A stretch of 64,000 nt of DNA. Origin: Felis catus (lineage: Eukaryota). The stretch is taken from assembly GCF_018350175.1 (NCBI RefSeq), contig NC_058368.1, positions 13,642,001-13,706,000 on the forward strand, written 5' to 3'. Positions 1 through 12,218 of the stretch are shown one piece after another (the first letter of the stretch is position 1; every line of letters starts with the position of its first letter). A model generated the notes under the pieces. That model had not been told where the DNA came from. It was given only the letters and a program-made list of their open reading frames with translations, and made no database searches. The translations under genes were made by a program, and so were the position numbers.

Positions 1-44
1 AACGAAGCAAGACACTTAACCCACTGAGCCACCCAGGTGCCCCC
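1..44 (-). mobile_element. Can-SINE 5' end (truncated by window edge)
   Basis: Reverse complement of the SINE head (ggggcacctgggtggctcagtgggttaagtgtc). Confidence 0.85.
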
Positions 45-344
45 AGGACTTTTTTCTTAATCTAGGAGAGTAGATCTCCAAATTTCCATAGAGTAGCTGA
101 ACTGGGTTCACAGACCACTCAAGTGGCATGTGAAATGTATGGTGCATATGTGTGTTTCTCTAAAGAGAAAACCTTGGGCTTTTTTCACATTCTTGCGCAG
201 GCCTATGATAAGCAGAGCATATGTCACAGTTTACATGGGAGAGTCAATAGTTATACCCATGTCTTGGCATAATTATCAATAATGCCCCCATTTCACTTTC
301 AAAAGTTTAGTTTAGGTGGCAAATTGTATTTCCACACAAAAGCT

Positions 345-562
345 GTTGTACTATTGTATGTTTCAAAGTTGCTGTGAGAATAGATCTTCACATTTTTCAC
401 CACACACACGCACGGATGATAACTGTGTGAGGTGACGGGTGTCAACTAACCTTATCATGGTCATCATTTTGCAATATATGGGCATATCAAATCATCACAT
501 TGTTCACCTTAAACTTACACAATATTGTCTGTCAGTTATATCGCAGGAAAGCTAGGGGGAAA
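345..562 (+). mobile_element. Old L1 (L1MA-like) 3' UTR terminus
   Basis: aaagttgctg..agaatagatctt..catatcaaatcatcacattgttcaccttaaacttacacaatattgtctgtcagttatatc resembles L1MA 3' ends. Confidence 0.8.
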
Positions 563-759
563 GTGATGAGCTGCGAGAAATAATTATTTCCATTCAGAGA
601 GTATACTCTGAATCAAATTTCCCTGCTGATGCCAGGAATTGGCTTTGGTTATAGTTATTAATATAAAAAAAGGAAATCTCATGTGTGTACCATCTTGGAG
701 GTTTCCTAGCACTTTCTCAAGAAGATTACTGGAAAAATAATTGGCTATCCAATGATGTC

Positions 760-1248
760 ACTCCCCTGCTTTAAATCTTTCACTTGTTCTCCAAAGTCTG
801 AGGAGTCAAGTTTAAATTCCCTTCTTAAATACACAGACCTTTTACTACCTCTCCAGTTTCATTTTTTGCCATTCCTGACCCATGCTCTTCAAGGTACTCC
901 TTCCCAACTACATATTCCCCAACCACATTCTTCCCAACCTCTTCTGCTTACAAATGATGTCCCTGTTATTCTGAGTGCCCTTCCTCCCCTTTCCCTCTCA
1001 TGACTCATCTCAAGCATCCCCTCCTCTAGCAAACTTGACTCTCCAGTGAATGAAACACTTCATTTTGATATTTATATGGCACCTCTCATATAAAATCATC
1101 ATGTTTAATATTATAACTATCAGTTACTTGTCTGTCTTAATAAATAGACTATAGATTTCTGAGGAAATTGTTCATTGTGATATTCCCAGCATCTAAGATA
1201 GTGCCCAGTATGGAGTTGCTCTTAAATGTGTGCTAACTAAATGAATGT
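760..1248 (+). mobile_element. L2 LINE 3' fragment (ancient)
   Basis: Pyrimidine-rich body ending tagactatag..cccagcatctaagatagtgccc..ctaaatgaatg, typical of an L2 3' end. Confidence 0.6.
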
Positions 1249-1287
1249 ATACGTTTTGACCGAACAGATTAAGAGGAATGAGAGGAA

Positions 1288-1503
1288 GGGTGCCTGGGTG
1301 GCTCAGTGGGTTAAGTGCCTGACTTCAGCTCAGGTCATGACCTTGCAGTCCGTGAATTTGAGCCCTGTGTCGGGCTCTATGCTGACAGCTCAGAGCCTGG
1401 AGCCTGCTTCTGATTCTGTGTCTCCCTCTCTCTCTGCCCCTCCCCTGTTTGTACTCTGTTTCTCTTCCTCAAAACTAAACATTAAAAATTTTCAAAAAAA
1501 AAA
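1288..1503 (+). mobile_element. Can-SINE (SINEC_Fc type)
   Basis: tRNA-derived head, CT tract and A tail; TSD aagaggaatgag(a/g)ggaa at 1271-1287 and 1504-1520. Confidence 0.95.
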
Positions 1504-1924
1504 AAGAGGAATGAGGGGAAATTGTGGGGCGGAAATGAGGAAGCATAGGTATGAGAAGAGATGGGTTTGTGAAGACAAGAGAGGATATGTTAAGAATATA
1601 TATCCTAGGAAAGACAGGATATGAGATAGCCCATTTTCACACATGTAGCACATTATCACAATTATAAGGAGGCATATTTAAAGAGATGCTCTAGAATTGT
1701 GTAAAAAAATTATCCTTAAACAATAAGAAATATTTTTATCATAATGGTAACTATACAAAGACTTCCTTAATATGTTTTTTTTTCAAATGTTATCCCTAGA
1801 AATGTTAAAAAATAAGACAAAAAATCATCTTGCTCAATAGTTTGGGTAGATGTGTGAGATGGTCTCACATGGTCTCACATAATTGTAGAGTTGCAAATAT
1901 CAACAAGTCCACCTATCTGAGTGA

Positions 1925-2190
1925 GGACAGCACAGTGGTAAAGAGTCCAGACTTGAGGTCGAAGAGAGCTGTTTAATCCTACTTTCATACTTACTTCTTA
2001 CTTACTATTTAGTAAAGTAAGTACTTGCTAGCTCTGTGGCTTTTGTTATTATCAACATTACTGTTTCACATACAAGAAAGCTATGGTCCTGGGAGACACA
2101 GTGACGTACCCAGGGTCATAGAACCAATAACCGGTCAAGCTAGAACTGGAACCAGATATTCAAATGTGCATCCACTGCTCTTTCCATGAC
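1925..2190. mobile_element. MIR fragments in opposite orientations
   Basis: cagcacagtggtaaagag..cttgctagctctgtggc followed by agtgacgtacccagggtcata..ctagaactggaacc. Confidence 0.5.
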
Positions 2191-2491
2191 AGCAGGGATA
2201 GAGACTAAAATGAACCAAATGCTCCTTGGTTCTTATAGAGTACAGTGCATAGAATGAAAAACTGCATTGGGAATTCAAAACTAGAATCGTGTAACCTACA
2301 ACCTTTATTAATGGTTTATTAATAACCTTTACTAATTAACCTTTATTAAAGCTTCATTTTTCTTAGCTCTAACTTTTTAAATTACAAAAACAAAATAACC
2401 TACCACTTTTCTTATGGTAGGCTATTCAAAGCCCTCCTTTCAGGACCCACAGTTTTCACATTGCTTTCTCACTTAAAGTTGGGACTTTTTA

Positions 2492-2668
2492 AGGCACATG
2501 GGTGGCTCAGTCAGTTGAGCCTCCAACCCTTGATTCAGCTCAGGTCATAATCCCAGGGTCATGGGATCGAGTCCCAAGTCAGGCTCCATGCTGTACATGG
2601 AATCTGCTTAGGATTCTATCTCTCTCTCCCTCTGGCCTTCTCCCCCACTTTTTCTCTCTTTCTCTCTC

Positions 2669-2704
<36 letters not shown>

Positions 2705-2878
2705 AGAAAGAAAGAGTAAGAAAGAGGAAGGGAAGAAAGAAAAGGAAAGAAGAAAGGAAAAGAAGAGAGAAAGAAAAGAAAAGAAAAAAGGAAAGAAAAG
2801 AAAAGAAAAGAAAAGAAAAGAAAAGAAAAGAAAAGAAAAGAAAAAAAAAGAAAAGAAAAAAGAAAAGAAGAAAGAAGG
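2492..2878 (+). mobile_element. Can-SINE with an expanded purine tail
   Basis: SINE body ~2492-2668; flanking direct repeat aaagttgggactttttaaggca at 2475-2496 and 2879-2900. Confidence 0.9.
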
Positions 2879-2881
2879 AAA
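2669..2881 (+). repeat. Compound (GAAA)n/(AAAAG)n microsatellite
   Basis: ~210 bp almost purely A/G. Confidence 0.95.
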
Positions 2882-3552
2882 GTTGGGACTTTTTAAGGCA
2901 ATTGAAAGTTAAATTGTATCATGACCTCCAAAAGAGAACTGAAAATTTTTTGGCCTTCTAAAGTTTATAACCTGAAAGAAACTTCAAATCTATTATTTAG
3001 AAAAAGTTGACTGATGGAGTGTTTCTGCTTCCACCTGGATGCTTGATGTCAAGTAGATTGAGGGAAAGCCATGTGACCATAGTTTCTTACAGTCTGCTTA
3101 GGAGATGTACGTACTCTGTTAGACAGAGGCCCAGAGCTAGAAGGTTTAATGTTTAATATTTTTCTTTTGCTGAATACATTTGAAAATTGATTCTCAGCCA
3201 TCTTTCTAACTGTCATTTTTACTTAAAAATTTTTTTTCTTCCAGAATAAAATGTAGTTAGAATTTAGCTACAAGGTGAAGGCTCAAAAAATTATAAAAAT
3301 CATAAAGATTCATGAAATCAATCGATTTGTATTTATAGAATTTGTGTGTCTCTAGCATTTTTAAAATGATTATTTCCCAGCAAGGGTGGTGGTTTTCTCT
3401 CAGTAACCTCTGCCCTCTAAAATTCAATTCACAGTAATCTTTCTCTTGCTGCATTGCATGGATTAAGTCTTCTCCTCCAGTGTAAGGGACTTTTTAAAAA
3501 CCTAATGGCTAGGTGATTGCAAATCTTTTCTCTGCTATTGAAAATAATGCCC

Positions 3553-3770
3553 GAGGGCTCCAGGGTGGCTCAGGCAGTTGGGTGTCAGACTTAGGCTCAG
3601 GTCATGTCTCATGGTTTGTGGGTTCAAGCCTGGTGCCAGGCTCTGTGCTGACAGCTCAGAGCCTGGAGCCTGCTTCAGATTCTGTCTCCCTCTCTCCTGC
3701 CCCTCCCTCACTTACACTCTGTCTCTCTCTGTCTCTCAAAAATGAATAAATGTTAAAAAAATTTTTTTTA
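3553..3770 (+). mobile_element. Can-SINE
   Basis: Diagnostic gctgacagctcagagcctggagcctgcttcagattc core, CT tract and tail. Confidence 0.9.
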
Positions 3771-4399
3771 AGTGCCTCATTTTGGACTCAATAGTAAGAA
3801 TTTGCACTGTGCTTGCTGTTTAAAGTATCTTTTAAATGTCCACAATTGAATTAAAGCCTTATGTTCAATCATGAACCATGAAATTACTTGATATAACCAA
3901 TGTTCTGCAACTCAGGCCCTGAAAAAATAAAATAAAATAAAAAGAATGTAATTCAAAATTACTGAAAAGTATCTCAACTGAAATTGGGCTCTTGTACTTT
4001 CTAAAGGCCTTGGCTGAATAAGTAACTCTGTCAAAGAGTATAACAAAAAACAAAATAATTCCACCTGCATACATGATTATTTTATAAAAACAAGCAAACT
4101 TTAAGCCAGGTAAAATAGATTTTAGTGACGGAGAATGTCATAAACGTAAGTCTCTTTGTGTCAGCTTTTTACTGTGAGTTAAGATTGTGTTTACACATCA
4201 ATACCTGTTTATATTTTGAGTGGATTCCCGGTCTATTCAGTCAAGTACTCATTTCACACAAACCACAGGATATTATATAATGATCAGGTAGACTACTCCA
4301 AGATCTGAACTGACGAAAACCAGCATATTCCTGCAGCCTGGGTTCCTACCCAATGACCCTCCCACTGTGTGACAAAAGCAGTTACCAAGATACGAAACT

Positions 4400-4550
4400 T
4401 TGCTACTCAGTGGAGGTCTGCAGAATACAGTGTGGACATTGCCTGGGGGTATACTAGAAATGCAGAATCTCAGACCTTACTCTGAAGCACGATCCATATT
4501 TTATCAAGATCTAGGTTAATCAAATACTTATTAAGCTTTGAGAAGGACTG
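4400..4550. mobile_element. MER5A-like hAT-Charlie MITE
   Basis: tagaaatgcagaatctcaga..ttttatcaagatc..tttgagaaggactg. Confidence 0.65.
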
Positions 4551-4649
4551 ATACAGTTTACTGACCTAAAAGTGTAAATTTCTTCCCTAATTGCCCAAAA
4601 TAATACCTAGGAAAAAAACTGAGCAAGTTTTAGGAGAAAAAATTTATGC

Positions 4650-4840
4650 CACCTACCATGTGCAACTTTAGACTTTACCTCATTTAATCTTCACTTAAAA
4701 ACCCTGCAAGGTAGTTTACTACCATTTTTATAGGGGAAGAACTAAGTACCTTGTTAAAGATTACATTGCTAATAAATGTTGGAACAAAGATCCAAAACAA
4801 GGTCAGCCAGTCTCCAACACTTCCTATCTCTTTTCCATTA
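4650..4840 (-). mobile_element. MIR
   Basis: cctcatttaatcttcac..aaccctgcaaggtag..ccatttttataggggaagaactaag. Confidence 0.6.
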
Positions 4841-6784
4841 TAGCACAGTACTCCTTTTCGTGCTCATTTTTTATACTACTTAGAACCATTAAATGCCTTC
4901 AGTATGGGCCGTAGATTGAACACTATCATCAAAATCCATTTATTAAACTCACTTGGTTTGTCACTTACATTTTCACATTTTGTGTCCAAGGCTGTCCTGT
5001 GTTGGTTATATCCTCAACATAGCAAACTGAGCTGTTTGTCACACTTCCAAGGTCCATTGATGGCACATCCTTTCCCCTTGATCTCAGAATTTATCTTTTC
5101 AGTAATTTATAGATGCAAATATTTTCAAGGTTTATTGCAGATAAAATGGTCTCAAAATCTTATTGTCAAACATCATGGTTAAAAATTACATACAAATCCT
5201 GCAAATGGTGTCCCACTAGCTACAGGAGTGAGAATTCAATGTTTTCGTTGGAGGGGAAGTGTATGATATAAATAAAGGTTCCACCCTGGTCACAGGCACA
5301 CCATTGGCCCTCATCACCTAAAGATATATTGTAATTCAGTCATCTACCACATGAGTGAGATGCTGGATCTGGTTTTCAGAAATCTGTGGCACATACGGAT
5401 TTCTTTTAAGGAAATCATAGATTTCTGGTGACTTGTCTGCATCTTGAATTTAAATGTCTGAGCTCATCATTTTTTGTTTTTGTTTTTGTTTTTTTCAGGA
5501 AAAAGAGTTAAGTTCACCAATGAGTGAACTTAGAAGCAACCGGCCAAATCTATTGTACTCTTTATTCATACTAAAATGTTCTATGGCAACAAATACATGG
5601 TCATTCAAAGATTTACTGTCTTTCTACAGGCACTTGATTACAAGAGGGAACAGGTGAAAAATTAAGTAAGTATTTTGCCATGCATGCCATGGGCTTTTAA
5701 TGCCTCCTTTTTCCAGTGGAAACAAGATCATTATTACCTCTAAATCTAATCAATTTCAGATAACCCAGAACCATTTCAAAGACCCCCCCCCCCTTCCTAA
5801 GGTCAATTCTTCTAGAACCACTTCTAGTACTAATTTCTGTATCACTTCAAAAAAAAATGTACAGATTATTCTTCTAAATTGGGTTCTTAAGCTACTTCCT
5901 CCCTTTGCTCACTGAGCTAACTTATACTGAGTAGACAGATATTATTCCTGGACAATCTTTCATACCTTCTCTAGAGATAACATATTTTGGTTAAACCTAC
6001 TTAAAAGCCTTTAGTTATTTTCACTAATATAATAAATATATGAATATCAAGTATCGATTTGGGAGTGATTTATTTGGGATCATGTTTTGACCAAATCTTT
6101 CACTCCTAGTAACTTGAAGTCAAATTGTTTCATTTATGAAATGAAGCAGGTATATTTACCTTCAACTGTAATCACTGCCTGCAGACTAATTCTAGGTAGT
6201 AATATCAATAACAATTAAAATTTGTATGGGACATCGCTATTTACAAAGCAACTTCACATATTTTAGATGTTACTTCACATATTTCAAAAAATTAAAAATA
6301 TAAGTAAGTACATCAAGAAATGTTTTACACTGAAGTTTCCACATTTTAGAATCTGAATAAGTCTAAAAAGATAAAAATATGGAGCCACTCTAGCTGAATG
6401 CTCACTTGTGCACATGACAGTCTCCTTAATAAACAGTTTTTGCTGCAGAACAGTGAAGTGCTACAATTGCCTTGTTTATTCAAAGCAACACAGAATTCTA
6501 TTTCTGGTCTCATTCAAAGTGAACTCAGAAATGCAAATAGAGATTTGAGCAATCAGAAGTACTTCCCGTTGCCACTGGAAAAGTTGAGTTCATGATGAAA
6601 GTTGCTAGGTCAAGTCTCTACACCAAGTAGAAGCTAATGATTTCATAAATATCTAGCTTAGCTTCAAGTAAAAGAGATCCCTATAAATTTTGAAGTTCTA
6701 GAGTTAACTTTGGATGTCTAGAGCCATTGAGAATCATCATGATTTTAAATCACTTATTTTTCCACTCATGGACAAGAGGGAATC

Positions 6785-7760
6785 TTATGTGGATAAAAAG
6801 GATCCCTCATACACTGTTGGTGGGAATGCAAACTGGTGCAGCCACTGTTTGAAGGAAAACAGTATGGAGGCTTCTAAAAAAATTAAAAATAGGGGCGCCT
6901 GGGTGGCTTGGTCCGTTAAGTGTCCGACTTCGGCTCAGGTCATGATCTCACGGTCCGTGGGTTCGAGCCCCGCGTCGGGTTCTGTGCTGACAGCTCAGAG
7001 CCTGGAGCCTATTTCGGATTCTGTGTCTCCCTCTCTCTCTGCCCCTCCCCTGTTCATGCTCTGTCTCTCTCTGTCTCAAAAATATATAAACGTTAAAAAA
7101 ATTAAAAAAAAATTAAAAATAAAATAACCATATATCCAGTAGTTATACTACGAGATATTCACCCAAAGAAAACAAAAATACTAATTCAAAAAGATACATG
7201 AACCACTATGTTTATTGCAGTGTTACCTATAATAGCCAAGATATGGAAGCAATTCAAGTGCCCATCCATAGATGAATGGATAAAAAAGATGTAATAAATA
7301 TATGCATATTATATACATTATATATTTACATACTGTGTGTATATATGGTGTATACACACACGCACACACACACACACAGACAATAGAATATTACTCAACC
7401 ATACAAAAGAGTGAAATCTTGCCATTTGGAAGATTTTGGATGGATCTAGTGAAATAAGTCAGTCAGAGAAAGACATATCATATGATTTCATTCGTGTAGA
7501 ATTAAAAAAAAACAAAGAGAAATAAAAAAAGATGAACAAAAAAATAGACTCTTAAATGTAGAGAATGAACTGGTAGTTGTCAGAGAGGAGATGAGTGGGG
7601 GATGGGTGAAATAGGTAAAGGGGATTAAAAAGTACATTCATCATGATGAGTAGTAAGTAATGTATAGAATTGTTGAATCATTATATTGTACACCTGGAAT
7701 TAATATAACACTGTATGTTGATTATACTTGAATTAAAAATAATAAAATAAATATACAAAA
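6785..7760 (+). mobile_element. Carnivore L1 3' end (ORF2 tail and 3'UTR) interrupted by a SINE
   Basis: tacactgttggtgggaatgcaaactggtgcagccact.., ccatccatagatgaatggataaaaaagatgt and an A-rich tail. Confidence 0.9.
6892..7105 (+). mobile_element. Can-SINE (CpG-rich, young) nested in L1
   Basis: ggggcgcctgggtggc..gttcgagccccgcgtcggg; A-rich TSD aaaaaaattaaaaata. Confidence 0.95.
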
Positions 7761-7899
7761 AAGTGCATCCTAATATACGCATTTATGATAAGAGAGATCA
7801 CCATTTATTTGCCTATGTATTACACTAAAAAAGGCCAATATTAACCTGCTAAATGCTGAACTATTTCAATTCTCCCTATAATCATAAAAAAGGCTTGAC

Positions 7900-8515
7900 A
7901 TAACATAAAGTGCCGGTTTGAAGAAGTAAGTGGGGAGAAGTGACAGCCCAGTCTCTGGGGTTACAAATGTTGATTTGACAGGAATATGGCTGAAATTTTG
8001 TGGAAAGCCCAGGGACTATCTCTGCTAAAGCTATCCTCAAAATGACGTCTTTTACAGATGCTATTGGTGCCTGCTCAGATATGCTTGTTTGGTGAGGTCC
8101 ACTCATTTCCCAGCTGTGTGGATGTTGGCTACCCATGGCTCACACTTCCTTCTGCTCCAGAGACTGCTCTTCATTGGGGGAAACCATCTGACCTGGAGAT
8201 TTCTGGGTGGTGACTTCCTCTCTGCGGAGGTGGCCCTTACCCAACCACAACTGACTTGAGATATAACGGTCCAGCCCACTTGCTTCTGAAGCAAAACCAT
8301 GTCTGTGGTATAATTCATGCTCCAGAGCCCCTTGTGGAAGTAGGCTGAAGCTAGACTCTTCCTGCAGCCATATTTTTGCCTAGCTGCTTTTTCTGCTTTG
8401 CTGTCCTGTTTCCTTCAGTTTCTTACAGTTTACTCCTGAGACCACACCTTCAATAATTCATTTACACAAAAATCCCCATCTCAAAACCGCTCTTCTAAGG
8501 AAGCCTACTAAGAAA
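7900..8515 (+). mobile_element. ERVL LTR16-like LTR with adjoining internal remnant
   Basis: 3' end aataattcatttacacaaaaatccccatctc..cttctaaggaagcctactaagaa resembles the LTR16 terminus. Confidence 0.65.
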
Positions 8516-8554
8516 CTACCTCATACTCTTAACCTTTCATTGTTGATGACAATA

Positions 8555-10260
8555 AAAACTGGCACTAAAACGTAACATGATGCAAATAGATCAATGGAAC
8601 AGAATAAGGGGACTAGAAATAGATCTACATTCCTATGACCAATTGAATTTTAACAGCTGCATCACAGCAATTCAGTAGGAAAAGAAAAATCTTATCAAAA
8701 AATGTGCTGGAACTAATGAATAGCCATATGGGAAAAAAATGGACCTTAACCCTATCTCACACCATATACGAAACTTAATTTGAGATGGATATTGGGCCCA
8801 AAAATTAAAAATTAAAACTATAAAACACTTAGAAAAAATTATCTTTAAAACCTATTAAAATAATAATCAGTGGGGAGAAAGGAAGGAAGCATAGATGAAA
8901 CAAGACCGGCAAAATGTTAATAGTTATTGAGCTAGGTGATGGGTAGTTGGAGGTCCATTCTACTTATACATGTACGTGCATATGTATATATCCATATATG
9001 GTAAATTGGCTTTCAACAAACATGCCAAAGGGTGTGAATAAACTTTTCAACAAGTAGTAATGGAACAAGTGGATATCCATACAAAAAAATAAATAACAGC
9101 CCTTACTCAAATCATGCAAAAATTATCTCTAAATGTTTCACAGACCTAGACATAAATCTTAACACTATAAAACTTCTAGAAGAAAATATAGGAGAAAACT
9201 TATGCAACTTTAGCCTCACAGAATTTCTTAGGACATAAAACCATGGACCATATAAAAAAAATGATAAATTGAATCTTATGAAAATAAAAAACTTCTGCTC
9301 TTCAAAAGACACTGTTAACAAAATGGCAAGGAAGCCCAAGGACCGGAAAAAATTTCTAACAGAGGACATGTATCCAAAATATAAAACAAACTTCATGATA
9401 TGAATTCCAAAAACCCAATAAAATCATAGGCAAATGATTTGAACAATTACTTCACACACACAAAAAAGATATTTGAGTGCCCAATAGAACATAAGAAGAT
9501 ATTCAACATCATTGTCATCAGAGAAATGCAAGTTAAACCATGAAATATCAATATAAACACTAGTAATGGCTAATGTTAAAAATGTGTAACATTTCTAACT
9601 GCTGATGAGGATATGAGCAACTTGAACTCTCATATATTGCTGGTGAGAATATGGTCCAGGGTTGCCTGGGTGGTTCAGTCAGTTAAGTGTCCAACTTAGG
9701 CTCAGGTCATGATTTCATGGTTCGTGGGTTGGAGCCCCATGTTGGGCTCTGTGCTGACAGCTCAGAGCCTGGAGCCTGCTTCGGATTCTGTGTCTCCCTC
9801 TCTCTCTGCCCCTCCTCAACTTGTGGTCCATCTCTCTCTCTCTCTTTCAAAAATAAATAAATACTAAAAAAATTTTTTTAAATAGTCCAACCATTTTGGG
9901 ACAAGATTTTACAGTAAACATACACTTAGCATATAACTCAAAAACTCTGCAATTGGGTATTTACTCCGGAAAAATGAAAACCCATTTTTAATAAAAAAAA
10001 AAACACTTTTATATGACAATGTACAGCAGTTTTACTCATAACAGCCAAACTAGAAGCAGTTCAAATGTCTAGCAATAGGTAACTGGATAAACACATTGGT
10101 GTGCACTCACACAATGGGGGAATAGGATGAAACAGAGATCAAACACCACTGGCAAAGAGTTGATTGTTGTTGAAGCCAGGTCATAGAGATATGGAGGTTC
10201 ATTATACTATTCTGTTTACTTTGTATATGTTTGAATATTTCCATAATAAGTATTTTCAAA
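8555..10260 (+). mobile_element. Old L1M ORF2 3' and 3'UTR fragments (at least two copies)
   Basis: aatagatcaatggaacagaata.., aaaacttctagaagaaaatataggagaaaa.., with L1MC-like 3' pieces at ~8870-8960 and ~10120-10260. Confidence 0.8.
9658..9882 (+). mobile_element. Can-SINE nested in L1
   Basis: Complete head, core, CT tract and tail. Confidence 0.93.
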
Positions 10261-10463
10261 ATCATTTTCAAAAATTATAAAAATTCATCTATTCATTGAT
10301 CTTATAATTCCTCTTCTGAAAAATTACTTCTAGAAAATAATCAAAAAGAAGAAATAAGCTATCTGCATGAAAATATTCATCCAATCTGATTTACAATGTT
10401 GTAAAAGTTGGAAAGAGCCCAAATAGATAAAAACAAAGACATGTTAAAGAAATCATACTTTAT

Positions 10464-11396
10464 CAGATAAAGGGTTAGTATCCAAAATCTATAAAGAACT
10501 TATCAAACTCAACACACAAAAAACAAATAATCCAGTGAAGAAATGGGGAAAAAACATGAATAGACACTTCTCCAAAGAAGACATCCAGATGGCCAACCAG
10601 CACATGAAAGAATGCTCAACATCACTCATCATCAGGGAAATACAAATCAAAACCACAATGAGATACTACCTCACACCTGTCAGAATGGCTAACATGAACA
10701 ACTCAGGGAACAACAGATGTTGGCGAGGATGCGGAGAAAGAGGATCTCTTTGGCACTGCTGGTGGGAATGCAAACTGGTGCAGCCAGTCTGGAAAACAGT
10801 ATGGAGGTTCCTAAAAAATTAAAAATAGAACTATCCTATGACCCAGCAATTGCACTGCTAGGTATTTATCCAAGGGATACAGGTTTGCTGTTTCAAAGCA
10901 GCACTATCAACAGTGTTCATAGCAGCACTATCAACAGTAGCCAAAGTGAAAGGGCCCCAATGTCCATCGATGGATAAATGGATAAAGAAGATGTGGTATA
11001 TATATACAATGGAGTATTACTTGGCAATAAAAAAGAGTGAAACCTTGCCATTTGCAAGAACTAGAGGGTATTATGCTAAGTGAAATTAGTCAGAGAAATA
11101 CAAATATCATATGACTTCATTCATATGAGGACTTTAAGACACAGAACAGATGAACACAAGGGAAAGGAAGCAAAAATAATATAAAAACAAGGAGGGGGGC
11201 AAAACATAAGAGATTCTTAAATATGTAGAACAAACAGAGGGTTCCTGGAGGGGTTGTGAGAGGGGGGATGGGTTAAATAGGTAAGGGGCATTAAGGAATC
11301 TACTCCTGAAATCATTGTTGCACTATATACTAACTTGAATGTAAATTAATAAGTAAAATAAAATAAAATAAATAATAATAAAAATATTAAATTAAA
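10464..11396 (+). mobile_element. 5'-truncated carnivore/felid L1 with TSD
   Basis: ORF 10535-10822 encodes the ORF2p C-terminal Cys-rich motif [33 protein letters not shown]; perfect 14-bp TSD aaatcatactttat at 10450-10463 and 11397-11410. Confidence 0.95.
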
Positions 11397-12018
11397 AAAT
11401 CATACTTTATAGAACATTATACAGATGTTGTAATTCATCAATAGAAATAATAGCTAACACTTACTGTGTAATTTTGATGTGGTAGACCCTTTTCTGAACA
11501 CTTAAGTTGACTCAACTTATTTAATATGAATAATATGTAGGAACAGTAGTTAAATTTAACAAATATCTGTTACATTCCAGTACTGTGCTAGGCACTGGGA
11601 ATACAAGAGTGTGCAAGAAAGTGTTATCTTTAGTCTCACGGAGCTTTGAAGAGCCTATCAGAATAGATAACTAAAGAAACAATTACAAAACCAAGAAAAG
11701 AAAGAAACAATTACAATATGATGCAGTCAATGCACTGATAGGAAAAATAAAATGCCTGTCTTTTGATCTAAGCAGCAAAGTGAATGCATAAATGAAGTTA
11801 CTCTGTGACAGCTATGTTAGGGGATCAGCAGTAAAGGACAAGTTTTGACTTCTTTGAGTAATATAATTACAAAACTATTTAATTTTAATTTTGAACTCTT
11901 CATTTTCCTACAATATTTTTGGTGTAATAAAGTTAAATCACATTTATATCAATCACTTTAGTAGTGAGTTGGGTTTGTTATCTAGTAATTTTATTGTCAT
12001 TTAAATAATCTAATTGGT

Positions 12019-12218
12019 GGGGCGCCTGGGTGGCTCTGTCGGTTGAGTGTCGGACTTTGGCTCAGGTCATGATCTCGCTCGTGGCTTTGAGCCCTGCGTG
12101 GGGCTCTGTGCTGACGGCTCAGAGCCTGGAGCCTGCTTCAGATCCTGTGTCTCCCATTCCCTCTGCCTCTCCCCTGCTCACGCTCTGTCTCTCTCTCTCA
12201 AAATAAACAAACATTGAA
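12019..12218 (+). mobile_element. Can-SINE
   Basis: TSD aatctaattggt at 12007-12018 and 12219-12230. Confidence 0.95.

Noticed and set aside
2502..2912. 136-aa ORF with a K/E/R-rich tail
   Set aside because: It is a translation of a SINE plus a (GAAA/AAAAG)n microsatellite.
6892..6970. tRNA-like A/B boxes (tggc..gg, gttcgagccc)
   Set aside because: These are SINE heads derived from tRNA, with no complete cloverleaf gene.
10535..10977. Cys/His-rich ORFs resembling a zinc finger gene
   Set aside because: This is the C-terminus of L1 ORF2p in a 5'-truncated copy.
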